DNA of 64,000 nt from a plasmid. The translations under genes and the position numbers were made by a program. The stretch lies in the sequence record NZ_CP106961.1, one strand, 5' to 3'. This document shows, piece after piece, positions 49,267 through 59,780 of the stretch. The notes under the pieces were generated by a model that saw only the letters and a program-made list of their open reading frames with translations, was not told the origin of the DNA and ran no database searches. Position 1 is the first letter of the stretch, and every line of letters begins with the position of its first letter.

Positions 49267-49439
49267 TCGTTCAGTCACGCGATAAACAGAGGCGGTTTTT
49301 TATAATCAGCCATAAATCAGGACAGCGTGATAATTCAATCGCCCGGTTCCTGGCGTGATGATCAACCAGCCCTGAGATCAAATGCTTTCTCTGTTATAAG
49401 CATTGATTGTTCGGGTATGAAAACACCGGAGACCCAACC

Positions 49440-49874
49440 ATGAAAAAGATCCTTGTATCCTTTATTGCCATGATGGCTGTCGCTTCATCTGCCTGGGCTG
49501 CAGAGACAATGAACATGCATGACCAGGTAAATAATGCCCAGGCGCCTGCCCATCAGATGCAATCATCCGCTGAAAAAAGTGCAGTTCAGGGGGAGAGCAT
49601 GAAAATGATGGATATGAGCGGTCACGATCAGGCCGCAATGTCCCATGAAATGATGCAAAACGGCAATTCTGCTGCCCATCAGGACATGGCTGAAATGCAT
49701 AAAAAAATGATGAAATCCAAGCCAGCAGCTTCTAACGAAACAGCAAAATCATTTTCCGAAATGAACGAGCATGAGAAAGCCGCTGTTGTGCATGAGAAGG
49801 CGAATAATGGTCAATCTTCCGTTATTCATCAGCAGCAGGCGGAAAAGCATCGCAGCCAGATCACCCAGAATTAA
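49440..49874 (+). CDS. pcoE: Periplasmic copper-binding protein PcoE
   Basis: The product is MKKILVSFIAMMAVASSAWAAETMNMHDQVNNAQAPAHQMQ... with Met/His-rich repeats. The ORF-track start at 49407 is over-extended. Confidence 0.9.
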   Translation: MKKILVSFIAMMAVASSAWAAETMNMHDQVNNAQAPAHQMQSSAEKSAVQGESMKMMDMSGHDQAAMSHEMMQNGNSAAHQDMAEMHKKMMKSKPAASNETAKSFSEMNEHEKAAVVHEKANNGQSSVIHQQQAEKHRSQITQN

Positions 49875-49926
49875 CCCGCAGCTCCACTTGTCAGACCCTC
49901 ATTTGACGCCGAAGTCACTGGCTTAC

Positions 49927-49950
49927 GCTCCCGTCCGGGAGCGTTTTTTT
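49927..49950 (+). terminator. Rho-independent terminator after pcoE
   Basis: GCTCCCgtccGGGAGC is followed by GTTTTTTT. Confidence 0.6.
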
Positions 49951-50375
49951 CCCATATATCAAACTTTAACTCTGAAGAGGTGGAAGTATCTGACCAACAC
50001 TGTCACGTAACGCCAGATAACTACAAAAACACCTTTTTCCTCCTGTAAATTGCAGTTCCTGCCCGCCAGGATAATTATCCCGAACTCTGTCAATGAACAA
50101 TCAAGGGCAATACAAGGGGGATGCAATACACCCCTGTTTTTCGGGAAATAAGCGAGGATTGACCATTTCTTGTTAATCCCTGAAATGTTCCTTGTTCTTT
50201 ATGCGGTTAGATGCGGATATTGAATTTACTGAGATCCCGCGTAATGGCATACCCAAAGCACTCCTCAAAACGAAACGCAGCCTGCCACGACGAATGTTGA
50301 CGCAAAACATCATCACAGTGAGTAGGTATAGTTCGTGTTCGATATTGGCTTTAGTGAACTGCTATTGATATTCAT

Positions 50376-50413
50376 GGGGTCCGCTTGGAAAACGGAAAAT
50401 ATCCTACGTTAAG
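50376..50413. repeat. Left 38-bp inverted repeat of the ars/chrA Tn3-family transposon
   Basis: The repeat was read directly from the sequence. Confidence 0.85.
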
Positions 50414-50504
50414 CCTGTTTCTTTAGCTGGCATTACAAAAAGCGAGCGTCTGCATGGTACAGACAGACACCCGAATACGATAAAAATGAGACGAAAAAAA
50501 CAGG

Positions 50505-50930
50505 TTACTTAACCCGCTTCCCCGTTTCGTCAATGACCTTTTCGCCGTCCTCTTTGGTAAACGCTCCTTTCTGACCTTCAGGTAGAATATCCAGCACTAT
50601 TTCTGAAGGGCGGCAAAGACGAGTGCCAAGCGGCGTAACGACTACCGGCCGATTAATCAGGATCGGATGTTGAAGCATAAAATCAATCAACTGCTCATCA
50701 CTGAATTTCTCTTCATCAAGGCCCAGGTGTTCATAAGGCTCAACATTCTTACGCAGCAATGCACGCACCGTAATTCCCATATCTGAAATAAGTTTAATCA
50801 GATCATCACGGGTCGGTGGCGTATCGAGATAATAAATAATGGTCGGTTCGTTACCGCTGTTACGGATCATCTCCAGCGTGTTGCGTGAAGTGCCGCAGGC
50901 CGGGTTGTGATAGATGGTAATGTTGCTCAT
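50505..50930 (-). CDS. arsC: Arsenate reductase ArsC (glutaredoxin-coupled)
   Basis: The 141-aa product MSNITIYHNPACGTSRNTLEMIR... has the Cys12 catalytic loop. Confidence 0.92.
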   Translation of the reverse strand: MSNITIYHNPACGTSRNTLEMIRNSGNEPTIIYYLDTPPTRDDLIKLISDMGITVRALLRKNVEPYEHLGLDEEKFSDEQLIDFMLQHPILINRPVVVTPLGTRLCRPSEIVLDILPEGQKGAFTKEDGEKVIDETGKRVK

Positions 50931-50942
50931 ATCTTTATCTCA

Positions 50943-52232
50943 TTACAAAGTGATGGAAAGCCGCAACGCCAGCGCGGCCAGAGTGACAAACAGCACGGGC
51001 AGAGTCATGATAATGCCGGTGCGGAAGTAATAACCCCAGGTGATCGTTATATTTTTCCGGGCAAGCACATGCAGCCAAAGCAGGGTTGCCAGACTGCCAA
51101 TCGGGGTGATTTTCGGGCCTAAATCGCAGCCAATCACGTTGGCATAAATCATTGCCTCTTTGACGACGCCAGTCGCCGTACTCCCGTCAATCGACAGCGC
51201 GCCAATCAGCACCGTCGGCATATTGTTCATCACCGACGACAGGAACGCGGTCAGGAAGCCGGTGCCGAACGTTGCTGCCCATAACCCCTTTTCTGCCAGC
51301 AGGTTCAGTACACCAGACAGATACTCCGTGAGCCCGGCATTGCGCAGGCCATAGACCACCAGGTACATGCCCAGCGAAAAAATCACGATCTGCCATGGCG
51401 CACTGCGCAGGACTTTCCCTGTGTTGATGCCATGACCTCTTTTCGCCACGATAAACAGTACTGCTGCGCCAGCAGCTGCTATCGCGCTGACAGGGATCCC
51501 CAGCGGCTCCAGAACGAAGAAACCGACAAGCAGCAATAACAGGACAATCCAGCCCGCCCTGAACGTTGCCGCATCCTTTATCACACTGGCAGGCGTCTTC
51601 AGCAGCGAAACGTCATACGTTGCCGGAATATCCCTGCGGAAGAAGAGATGCAGCATGATCAGCGTGGCCGCAATCGCTGCCGCATCCACGGGGATCATAA
51701 CGGAGGCGTACTGCGTAAAGCCCAGATCGAAGAAGTCCGCCGAGACGATATTCACCAGGTTAGAAACAATGAGTGGCAGGCTGGCCGTATCTGCAATAAA
51801 TCCTGCAGCCATGACAAAGGCCAGTGTCGTGCCCTGGCTGAACCCCAGTGCGAGCAGCATCGCAATCACAATCGGCGTCAGGATCAGCGCGGCGCCATCA
51901 TTGGCGAACAAAGCAGCAACAGCGGCACCGAGCAAGACTATCCAGGTGAACAGCAGGCGGCCACGTCCGTTACCCCAGCGGGAGACGTGCAGTGCGGCCC
52001 ACTCAAAGAAGCCGGACTCATCGAGCAGCAGGCTGATGATGATGACCGCAATAAATGCCGCTGTCGCGTTCCAGACGATATTCCAGACAACGGGAATATC
52101 AGCGATATGGATGACACCGGTTCCCAGCGCCAGCACAGCCCCGATACTCGCGCTCCAGCCAATACTCAGGCCTCTGGGTTGCCAGATCACCAGTACCAGC
52201 GTCAGTAAAAATATACTCCCTGCCAAAAGCAT
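50943..52232 (-). CDS. arsB: Arsenite efflux pump ArsB
   Basis: The 429-aa product, starting at [19 protein letters not shown], is colinear with R773 ArsB. The ORF-track entry is over-extended by 26 codons. Confidence 0.92.
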   Translation of the reverse strand: MLLAGSIFLLTLVLVIWQPRGLSIGWSASIGAVLALGTGVIHIADIPVVWNIVWNATAAFIAVIIISLLLDESGFFEWAALHVSRWGNGRGRLLFTWIVLLGAAVAALFANDGAALILTPIVIAMLLALGFSQGTTLAFVMAAGFIADTASLPLIVSNLVNIVSADFFDLGFTQYASVMIPVDAAAIAATLIMLHLFFRRDIPATYDVSLLKTPASVIKDAATFRAGWIVLLLLLVGFFVLEPLGIPVSAIAAAGAAVLFIVAKRGHGINTGKVLRSAPWQIVIFSLGMYLVVYGLRNAGLTEYLSGVLNLLAEKGLWAATFGTGFLTAFLSSVMNNMPTVLIGALSIDGSTATGVVKEAMIYANVIGCDLGPKITPIGSLATLLWLHVLARKNITITWGYYFRTGIIMTLPVLFVTLAALALRLSITL

Positions 52233-52276
52233 CTCAGACCCCATCATATATGATTTTGTAAATATGTTTTCCTGCC

Positions 52277-52597
52277 TCAGCAGGAGGTGCAGGCTGATTT
52301 GTCCAGCCATTCACGTACATCCTCGCGCAGACACTGCCAGGTCGTCGTGATTGTCTCTGCTGCCCACGCCGGAATATGGGGTGACAGACGATAGTGGATC
52401 CATTTGCCTTCCCGACGGTCAAGAACCAGATCAGCCTCGCGAAGGATAGCCATATGTCGCGAAATTTTGGGCTGCGATTCGGAGGTGGCAACGCAGATAT
52501 CGCAGACGCACAATTCTCCGGACTCCCGGAGAAGCATGACGATGGCTAGCCGTGTTTCATCCGACAGGATTTTGAAAAGCTGAACAGGTTGTAGCAT
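52277..52597 (-). CDS. arsR: Arsenic-responsive repressor ArsR
   Basis: The product has the ELCVCDL metal-binding motif in an ArsR/SmtB helix-turn-helix. Confidence 0.9.
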   Translation of the reverse strand: MLQPVQLFKILSDETRLAIVMLLRESGELCVCDICVATSESQPKISRHMAILREADLVLDRREGKWIHYRLSPHIPAWAAETITTTWQCLREDVREWLDKSACTSC

Positions 52598-52682
52598 TTT
52601 TCACTCCGTTCCCTTTAGAATACACATATGTTAGATCATATATATTAACTTTAAAATCACCTGTTCTCTCCGGAGGAGAAAA

Positions 52683-53381
52683 ATGGAACAATTTCCAGCC
52701 CTGAATACTGACTGTTTTGATCAACATATTGCCGAACGTCTGCACCTGCAGGAGCCCCCACGGATTCTGATCCTGTATGGCTCAGTAAGGGAGCGCTCCT
52801 ACAGTCGCTTTGCCGCGGAGGAAGCAGGTCGCCTGCTGACGGCGATGGGCGCGGAGGTGAAATTCTTTAACCCCTCCGGTTTACCCCTGCCGGATGATGC
52901 CCCGGATACGCACCCTAAAGTCTCCGAGCTACGCGGGCTGGTCAGATGGTGTGACGGGATGGTGTGGAGCTCGCCGGAACGGCACGGGGCTATGAGCGCG
53001 GTGATGAAGGCGCAGATCGACTGGATACCGTTGAGTGAAGGCGCGGTTCGTCCTTCGCAGGGCAAGACACTTGCAGTGATGCAGGTTTGCGGCGGTTCGC
53101 AGTCCTTCAATGCCGTGAACCAGATGCGCATTCTGGGCCGCTGGATGCGGATGTTCACAATTCCCAACCAGTCCTCGGTGGCGAAAGCCTGGCAGGAATT
53201 TGATGAGAACGGAAGGATGAAGCCGTCCTCATGGTACGACCGTATCGTAGATGTCGCAGAGGAGTTGTTTAAAATTACGTTGCTGCTCAGGGGACAAACC
53301 AGCTACCTTGCAGATCGCTACAGCGAACGAAAAGAGAGTCATCAGGAACTTTCGTACCGCGTCAATCAGGAAAAAATATAA
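52683..53381 (+). CDS. arsH: NADPH-dependent FMN reductase ArsH
   Basis: The 232-aa product has the flavodoxin-like motif [12 protein letters not shown] and is transcribed divergently from arsR. Confidence 0.88.
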   Translation: MEQFPALNTDCFDQHIAERLHLQEPPRILILYGSVRERSYSRFAAEEAGRLLTAMGAEVKFFNPSGLPLPDDAPDTHPKVSELRGLVRWCDGMVWSSPERHGAMSAVMKAQIDWIPLSEGAVRPSQGKTLAVMQVCGGSQSFNAVNQMRILGRWMRMFTIPNQSSVAKAWQEFDENGRMKPSSWYDRIVDVAEELFKITLLLRGQTSYLADRYSERKESHQELSYRVNQEKI

Positions 53382-53509
53382 CGCCTTCTGATCGTATAAA
53401 TACACACCATGAGCGTTTTCACAAAGTCTCCTTCTGCCAGGCAGCGGATAATCTTACATGTGTCTGTCGTTTTCAGAAGACGGCAGACCGGACTAAAACC
53501 ATAGGCATA

Positions 53510-53815
53510 TCATTTGCCTTCAACAAGTTCACCGAACAGCTCTTTCACCCTGTTTCTGGCGTCCGTTAGCGCTATGTGCCCTTGTCCGGTGATTTCATAT
53601 ACTCGCCGGATTCGTCGACCGGCCTGAACATGTCGTGAAGTGAGATACCCCTTCTTTTCCATACCGTGCAGCATCGGATACAGGGTACCCGGGCTGAGTT
53701 GATAACCGTGGTGTCGCAATTCCTCAATGATGCCCAGACCAAAGACGGGTTCTTTGGCTGCATGATGCAGGATGTGCAAACGGATCATCCCGCCGTAAAG
53801 ATCTTTGTCGGTCAC
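53510..53815 (-). CDS. PadR-family transcriptional regulator
   Basis: The 101-aa product is a winged helix-turn-helix (LSPGTLYPMLHGMEKKGYL). Confidence 0.8.
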   Translation of the reverse strand: MTDKDLYGGMIRLHILHHAAKEPVFGLGIIEELRHHGYQLSPGTLYPMLHGMEKKGYLTSRHVQAGRRIRRVYEITGQGHIALTDARNRVKELFGELVEGK

Positions 53816-53825
53816 GCCCGGAACC

Positions 53826-55031
53826 TCACAGTGCTAAACTCAACAACCAACCCGCAACACCGCAACTCACTACGACCAGCCACGGCGGCAGTTTCCAGAA
53901 CATCAGAGCGACCAGTGCCACAAGGGCAAGGCCGAAATCTTGCGGAGCGAGAACTGCGCTCGTCCATACTGGTTGATAGAGAGCTGCCAGCAGAAGGCCA
54001 ACTACGGCTGCATTAATACCCTGCAACGCTGCTTGTGTACGGATATTGCGGCGCAGACTTTCCCAGAACGGCAATGCTCCCACAATCAGAAGGAAGGACG
54101 GTGCGAAAATTGCCAGCAGACAAACCAGACCACCCAGCCAGCCAGAAGGCACCTGGTTCATCGAAGCCCCGAGAAAGGCTGCAAAAGTGAACAACGGTCC
54201 AGGAACGGCCTGGGCAGCGCCGTAGCCAGCCAGGAATGTATCAGTGCTGACCCAGCCAGAAGGAACGACTTCAGTCTGCAGTAATGGCAGCACGACATGC
54301 CCGCCACCAAAAACCAGTGATCCGGTCCGGTAGAAAGTTTCTACCATTAACAGCGTCGGATTTGGGAATATCGCCGTCAGCAATGGTAACCCTGTCAGTA
54401 GCACAAAGAACAGCGTGAGCCAGAACAATCCGACGCGACGCCGTATTGAAACGGGCAGCGGATCATGTACCGTCGTCTGCTGAGGTTTGAACAGTAACAT
54501 GCCAGTGACAGCCGCAGTGACGATTACTCCCACCTGTCCCCAGGCCGATGGCACAAGAAGCACAAAGCAGGTTGCCACTGCCATGACAGTAATACGCGGT
54601 ATATCCGGGCAAAGATTTCGGGCCATGCCCCATACAGCTTGCGCGACCACCGCAACGGCTACCACTTTCAGCCCATGCAATACACCAGAGGGCATCACAT
54701 CCCCGTAACTGGTCATCCCCAGCGCAAACAGGATCAGTGCAACTGCTGACGGTAGCGTGAAGCCGGCCCATGCTGCCAGCGCCCCGGTATAACCGGCCCG
54801 GGACAGCCCGAGCGCTATACCAACCTGACTGCTTGCTGGTCCCGGAAGGAACTGGCACAGAGCGACCAAATCTGCATAGCTGCGCTCGGTCAACCACTGC
54901 CGTCGCGTCACAAACTCATCGCGGAAGTAACCCAGATGGGCAATTGGGCCGCCGAAGGATGTCAGGCCAAGTCGGAAGAAAATCAGAAAGACAGCCCAGG
55001 GGCTGTGATCATTCCTGGCAGTATCGTTCAT
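53826..55031 (-). CDS. chrA: Chromate ion transporter ChrA (CHR family)
   Basis: The 401-aa product has two homologous halves carrying GGPxAHLGY and FGGG motifs. Confidence 0.85.
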   Translation of the reverse strand: MNDTARNDHSPWAVFLIFFRLGLTSFGGPIAHLGYFRDEFVTRRQWLTERSYADLVALCQFLPGPASSQVGIALGLSRAGYTGALAAWAGFTLPSAVALILFALGMTSYGDVMPSGVLHGLKVVAVAVVAQAVWGMARNLCPDIPRITVMAVATCFVLLVPSAWGQVGVIVTAAVTGMLLFKPQQTTVHDPLPVSIRRRVGLFWLTLFFVLLTGLPLLTAIFPNPTLLMVETFYRTGSLVFGGGHVVLPLLQTEVVPSGWVSTDTFLAGYGAAQAVPGPLFTFAAFLGASMNQVPSGWLGGLVCLLAIFAPSFLLIVGALPFWESLRRNIRTQAALQGINAAVVGLLLAALYQPVWTSAVLAPQDFGLALVALVALMFWKLPPWLVVVSCGVAGWLLSLAL

Positions 55032-55206
55032 GGTCAGATCCTGATTGCTGGTTTTATTGGCTATTATAATCGAATTTCGTTATCGAAATTCGATTATAAT
55101 AGCCACTGCTCCCTGTGGATAGAATGATGTTTCATGCTTTCCAGATGTTTACTTCAAGAACAGTTTCAACTGCCTGGCCAGTTATGGGCTTTATTCACAT
55201 TCAGTA

Positions 55207-55785
55207 TTATTGCTGTCCTGCTTTTACCCGGAGTATGGTTTGCCGGGTGGTATTAAATTCTCTGGCAACCGCACTGATACTGGCCCCGGAATTAAGGCGC
55301 TCTGACACTATTTTTTTTTGCTCCTCGCTCAAGATGGGCGGACGACCGAAGCGTTTCCCGGCTGATCTTGCCCGAGAAATCCCTGAATGTGTGCGTTCAA
55401 TCAGCAGATCCCTCTCAAACTCAGCCACAGCTGAAATCACCTGCATCGTCATTCTCCCGGCAGCGCTGGTCAAATCAACACCTCCGAGCGCCAGGCAGTG
55501 AACACGAATATCTGACGAAGCCAGTTGCTCAACAGTTTTTCTGATATCCATGGCATTACGCCCAAGACGATCCAGCTTGGTGACTATCAGCACATCACCA
55601 TTTTCCATGCGATCAAACAGCCGGATAAATCCGGGACGTTCGCTGGCAGCAACCGAACCACTTATATGTTCCTCAATCAGTCGCTGGGGTCTGATGGCAA
55701 AACCCGCCGCTTCAATTTCCCTTCGCTGATTCTCGGTGGTTTGCTCAAGAGTCGAAACCCGGCAGTAAGCAAAAACTCGTGACAT
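55207..55785 (-). CDS. tnpR: Serine resolvase TnpR of the ars/chrA transposon
   Basis: [25 protein letters not shown]... has the resolvase catalytic Ser and a C-terminal helix-turn-helix. It is divergent from tnpA, with the res region expected at 55786-55944. Confidence 0.85.
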   Translation of the reverse strand: MSRVFAYCRVSTLEQTTENQRREIEAAGFAIRPQRLIEEHISGSVAASERPGFIRLFDRMENGDVLIVTKLDRLGRNAMDIRKTVEQLASSDIRVHCLALGGVDLTSAAGRMTMQVISAVAEFERDLLIERTHSGISRARSAGKRFGRPPILSEEQKKIVSERLNSGASISAVAREFNTTRQTILRVKAGQQ

Positions 55786-55944
55786 AGGAAACTTTCCGTA
55801 CGAAATGGATGTCCGAATTATAACGTATGTACGAAACAAATTTCGCTGACTTTCGGACATATTGTTTGCGAGGCGTACGAAACCGACCGGTTTCGGTCAG
55901 TGTAAAGCGATAACCAAAACGAACTATATGCAGAGGAAGCATTT

Positions 55945-56400
55945 ATGCCACGGAGACAAATACTCAGCAGTGAAGAAAAAGAGCGCTTGCTGGTTGTGCC
56001 GGATGATGACGTTCTTCTGGCGCGCATGTGTTTTTTGAGTGAACATGACCTCGCTCTTATTAATAAACGCCGCAGACCTGCAAATCGCCTGGGCTTTGCT
56101 GTTTTACTCTGTTATTTGCGAGGGTCGGGGTTTCCTCCCGACAAAAATATTTCCCCTCACGACGGGGTTGTTTCCCGGCTTGCGGCTCATTTGAAACTTC
56201 AGCCTGATTTGTGGGCCGAGTATGCATCAAGAGAGGTCACCCGCTGGGAGCATCTGGCTGAACTATACCGCTATCTGGAATTATCCCCTTTCAACCGGGC
56301 GCTGCAAAAAACCTGCATTCGCCACCTTTATCCCCACGCTATGCGGACAGACAAAGGTTTTTTGCTTGCGGAAGAAATGCTCTCCTGGCTTCACAATAAG
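55945..56400 (+). pseudogene. tnpA: Tn3-family transposase tnpA, N-terminal 152 codons (interrupted by the ISPpu12-like insertion)
   Basis: The product MPRRQILSSEEKERLLVVPDDDVLLARMCFLSEHDLALINKRRRPANRLGFAVLLCYLR... ends at the target duplication ACAATAAG. Confidence 0.8.
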
Positions 56401-56487
56401 GGGTAAGCGGATTAAATGGTTGATCTTACCTTTGCATGAGAGTGAGACAGACCGGCATCTCATCGGATTATCTGGTTGATGCTTCAC

Positions 56488-56910
56488 CTACTGCTGGTGC
56501 ATGTTTCCTTCGCTAATTCCAGCAAGAACCCCACACGCCTCAACTTCCCGGTCATCGTTGCAACTCGCTCTCAGTGAAACGAGTTGTTTCTCAAGCGCTT
56601 GCAGAGCGGTTATCTGCGACCGCACATGAGAGATGTGATCATCGAGCAAGGCGTTGACGGCGGTACAAGGCTGATGAGGGTCGTCCTGATAGCTCTGTAG
56701 TTCGTGAATCTCAGCCAGTGACAGGCCCAGGATTCTGCAGCGACGGATGAAGGCCAGCCCCTCACCATGCTTCTCGGTATAGACACGGTAACCGTTGTCC
56801 TGCCGATCAGGCGGCGGCAACAAGCCCTGCTGTTCATAGAAGCGGATCGTCTGTGTTTCGACCCCTACCAACTGCGCCAACTGACCAATGCGCATCAGCC
56901 TCCTCCCCAA
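56488..56910 (-). CDS. MerR-family metal-responsive regulator (CadR/PbrR-like)
   Basis: The product has the helix-turn-helix MRIGQLAQLVGVETQTIRFYEQQGLL and C-terminal Cys residues. Confidence 0.8.
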   Translation of the reverse strand: MGRRLMRIGQLAQLVGVETQTIRFYEQQGLLPPPDRQDNGYRVYTEKHGEGLAFIRRCRILGLSLAEIHELQSYQDDPHQPCTAVNALLDDHISHVRSQITALQALEKQLVSLRASCNDDREVEACGVLAGISEGNMHQQ

Positions 56911-56969
56911 CGGATTCTTTACTCTATTGACCTTATAGTAGCTTTATAGTTTTAAATGGTACCACAACA

Positions 56970-57887
56970 TTGTTCAAGTGGAGTCGTATCATGAGCAAAT
57001 CCTGTGGTGGCGCCTGTGGCGGTGATGCAACGTCCGCAGCGGATACCGATATACAGGCCTCCTCCGAGGCGCCAGGGAGATGGGTCAGTGTTTATGCCGT
57101 GCCGAAGATGGACTGTCCATCAGAAGAACGAATGATTCGCCTAGCCCTGAACGGCTTTGAGGAGATTCGGGCGCTGTCCTTCGACTTGTCGAACCGCCGG
57201 CTGAAGGTCGTGCATGACGGCGAGGTCGAGCCCGTCACCTCGAAACTGAAGACCTTGGGGCTAGGCGCCTCGCTTCAGGAAACCGTCGCTGCAAATCCGG
57301 AGACCATCAAGGCCGCCGAGTTTTCGGCAGCTTCTGCTAAGCAAGAATCCGGGACCCTGCGCTGGTTGCTCGGCATCAATGCACTTCTGTTCGTGGTGGA
57401 AATGACTGCCGGTCTGATCGCCCAGTCCACCGGCCTGATTGGAGAATCCCTGGACAATTTTGCCGATGCGGCGGTGTACGGGCTTGCCCTTTATGCGGTT
57501 GGACATAGCGTGAAAATGCAGGTACGTGCCGCGCATCTTGCTGGTGTACTGCAACTGATCTTGGCTGTGGGCGTGCTCGTAGAGGTGGTGAGACGCTTTG
57601 TATTCGGTAGTGAGCCTGAATCGCTGGTGATGATGGCTATCGCATTCGTCGCATTGATTGCCAATACCAGTTGTCTGCTGCTCATATCCAAACATCGGGA
57701 AGGCGGGGCGCACATGAAGGCAAGCTGGATATTCTCGGCCAACGACGTGGTGATCAACCTGGGGGTCATCACCGCCGGCGCCCTGGTCGCGTGGACCGGT
57801 TCCAATTATCCGGATCTGATTATCGGCACCATCGCGGGGGGCATTGTACTTAACGGTGCCAGACGCATTTTGGCGTTGAAGGGTTAA
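56970..57887 (+). CDS. Cation diffusion facilitator (CzcD/DmeF-like) transporter
   Basis: The product has a His/Cys-rich N-terminus, 6 transmembrane segments and the CDF signature (LDNFADAAVYGLALYA). Confidence 0.8.
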   Translation: MFKWSRIMSKSCGGACGGDATSAADTDIQASSEAPGRWVSVYAVPKMDCPSEERMIRLALNGFEEIRALSFDLSNRRLKVVHDGEVEPVTSKLKTLGLGASLQETVAANPETIKAAEFSAASAKQESGTLRWLLGINALLFVVEMTAGLIAQSTGLIGESLDNFADAAVYGLALYAVGHSVKMQVRAAHLAGVLQLILAVGVLVEVVRRFVFGSEPESLVMMAIAFVALIANTSCLLLISKHREGGAHMKASWIFSANDVVINLGVITAGALVAWTGSNYPDLIIGTIAGGIVLNGARRILALKG

Positions 57888-57890
57888 ATA

Positions 57891-58403
57891 ATGCTCATTA
57901 TTGGCAAAAAGCTCTCGCCGTATGCCCTATTGTCCATATCGGGCCTGCTGGCAGCGTCTGATCAGGCTGTAAAGTGGCTGGTGCAGCAATCAATGGCCTA
58001 TGGCGAGTATGTTTCGGTGACCCCGTTCTTTAACTGGGTGCACCTATGGAACACCGGTGCCGCATTCAGTCTTTTTGCGAATGGTGGAGGCTGGCAGCGC
58101 TACTTTTTTATCGGAATCGCGGTAGTGGTCTCGATTTTTCTGATCAAGCTGATCCTTGAAAATCGTCATAAAGGAGAAGCCATCGCTTACAGTCTTATCC
58201 TCGGTGGCGCCATGGGCAACCTGATTGACCGGGTCTTTCGCGGCTATGTTGTGGATTCCTTTGATTTCTATTGGCGAGACTGGCATTGGCCGGCCTTCAA
58301 CCTGGCTGATATTGCAATTGTCCTCGGTGCCTTACTTTTCGTTTCCAGCAGCTTGTTGGGTAAAAAAGCAAACACCAATGCCGAGCCGGATGGATCTGAC
58401 TGA
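57891..58403 (+). CDS. lspA: Lipoprotein signal peptidase II
   Basis: The product has the LspA motifs NTGAAFS and the catalytic Asp region (FNLADIAIV). Confidence 0.85.
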   Translation: MLIIGKKLSPYALLSISGLLAASDQAVKWLVQQSMAYGEYVSVTPFFNWVHLWNTGAAFSLFANGGGWQRYFFIGIAVVVSIFLIKLILENRHKGEAIAYSLILGGAMGNLIDRVFRGYVVDSFDFYWRDWHWPAFNLADIAIVLGALLFVSSSLLGKKANTNAEPDGSD

Positions 58404-58424
58404 CACCTACGCCTATACAACACC

Positions 58425-59714
58425 ATGACCGAACTTCCCGACAACATCCTTCACCTGCCGCAATACCAAGTACTGGGCTGCAAATCAACCGACGACGAAA
58501 TGCACTTCCAGGTGGACGTGCCCGATCCCATCGCCTGCGAGGAATGCGGCGTGCAGGGTGAGTTCGTACGGTTCGGCAAGCGTGACGTTCCCTATCGTGA
58601 TCTGCCCATCCACGGCAAGCGGGTCACTCTCTGGGTGGTCCGCCGCCGATACACCTGCCGGGCCTGCAAGACAACATTCAGGCCCCAGCTACCGGAGATG
58701 GTGGACGGATTCCGTATGACACTGCGGCTGCATGAGTACGTGGAGAAGGAATCCTTCAACCACCCCTACACCTTTGTGGCGGCACAGACCGGCCTGGACG
58801 AGAAGACGGTGCGCGACATCTTCAACGCCCGCGCCGAGTTCCTGGGGCGCTGGCACCGCTTCGAGACGCCCCGCATCCTGGGCATTGACGAGCTATACCT
58901 GAACAAGCGCTACCGCTGCATTCTGACCAACATTGAGGAGCGAACCCTGCTCGACCTGCTGGCCACCCGCCGCCAGGACGTGGTGACCAACTACCTGATG
59001 AAGCTGAAAGACCGGCAGAAGGTCGAGATCGTCAGCATGGACATGTGGAACCCCTACCGGGCAGCGGTCAAGGCTGTGCTGCCCCAGGCCCGTATCGTGG
59101 TCGATAAGTTCCATGTGGTGCGCATGGCCAACGATGCCCTAGAGAGAGTGCGCAAGGGCCTCAGAAAGGAGCTGAAACCGTCCCAGAGCCGGACTCTCAA
59201 GGGAGACCGGAAAATCCTGCTGAAACGCGCTCACGAAGTCTCAGACCGGGAGCGCCTCATCATGGAGACCTGGACAGGCGCGTTCCCGCAACTGCTGGCC
59301 GCCTACGAGCACAAGGAGCGCTTCTACGGCATCTGGGACGCCACCACACGGCTCCAGGCAGAAGCCGCCCTGGACGAGTGGATAGCCACCATCCCGAAGG
59401 GCCAAAAGGAAGTCTGGAGCGATCTGGTCAGGGCAGTGGGAAACTGGCGCGAAGAGACCATGACCTACTTCGAGACGGACATGCCCGTCACCAACGCTTA
59501 CACGGAGTCCATCAACCGACTGGCCAAGGACAAGAACCGTGAAGGGCGCGGTTACTCCTTCGAGGTGATGCGGGCACGAATGCTCTACACCACGAAGCAC
59601 AAGAAGAAGGCACCGACTGCGAAGGTCTCTCCTTTCTACAAGAAAACCATCGGTTACGGACTGCCGGACTTCGCAGAGGAACTCAACTACGGAGTCGATC
59701 TATCAACCATCTGA
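58425..59714 (+). CDS. tnpA: ISL3-family transposase
   Basis: The 429-aa product has an N-terminal zinc ribbon (CEECG...CRAC) and a DDE domain. Confidence 0.88.
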   Translation: MTELPDNILHLPQYQVLGCKSTDDEMHFQVDVPDPIACEECGVQGEFVRFGKRDVPYRDLPIHGKRVTLWVVRRRYTCRACKTTFRPQLPEMVDGFRMTLRLHEYVEKESFNHPYTFVAAQTGLDEKTVRDIFNARAEFLGRWHRFETPRILGIDELYLNKRYRCILTNIEERTLLDLLATRRQDVVTNYLMKLKDRQKVEIVSMDMWNPYRAAVKAVLPQARIVVDKFHVVRMANDALERVRKGLRKELKPSQSRTLKGDRKILLKRAHEVSDRERLIMETWTGAFPQLLAAYEHKERFYGIWDATTRLQAEAALDEWIATIPKGQKEVWSDLVRAVGNWREETMTYFETDMPVTNAYTESINRLAKDKNREGRGYSFEVMRARMLYTTKHKKKAPTAKVSPFYKKTIGYGLPDFAEELNYGVDLSTI

Positions 59715-59780
59715 GGGTGGTATCAGATTGATGGGGTGAAGGTGCCCCATCAACCATTAAATCCGTATACCCACAATAAG

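Larger units (their letters stand above)
56401..59772 (+). mobile_element. ISPpu12-like ISL3-family element (3372 bp) carrying a MerR-like regulator, CDF transporter, lspA and transposase
   Basis: The inverted repeats are GGGTAAGCGGATTAAATGGTTGAT (left) and ATCAACCATTAAATCCGTATACCC (right, shown as its reverse complement). It is flanked by an 8-bp direct repeat ACAATAAG (56393-56400 and 59773-59780). The length and gene content match the description of ISPpu12. It is GC-rich. Confidence 0.85.

Noticed and set aside
51648-52350. 186- and 231-aa plus-strand ORFs overlapping arsB
   Set aside because: They are antisense to arsB and have no ribosome-binding site or family features.
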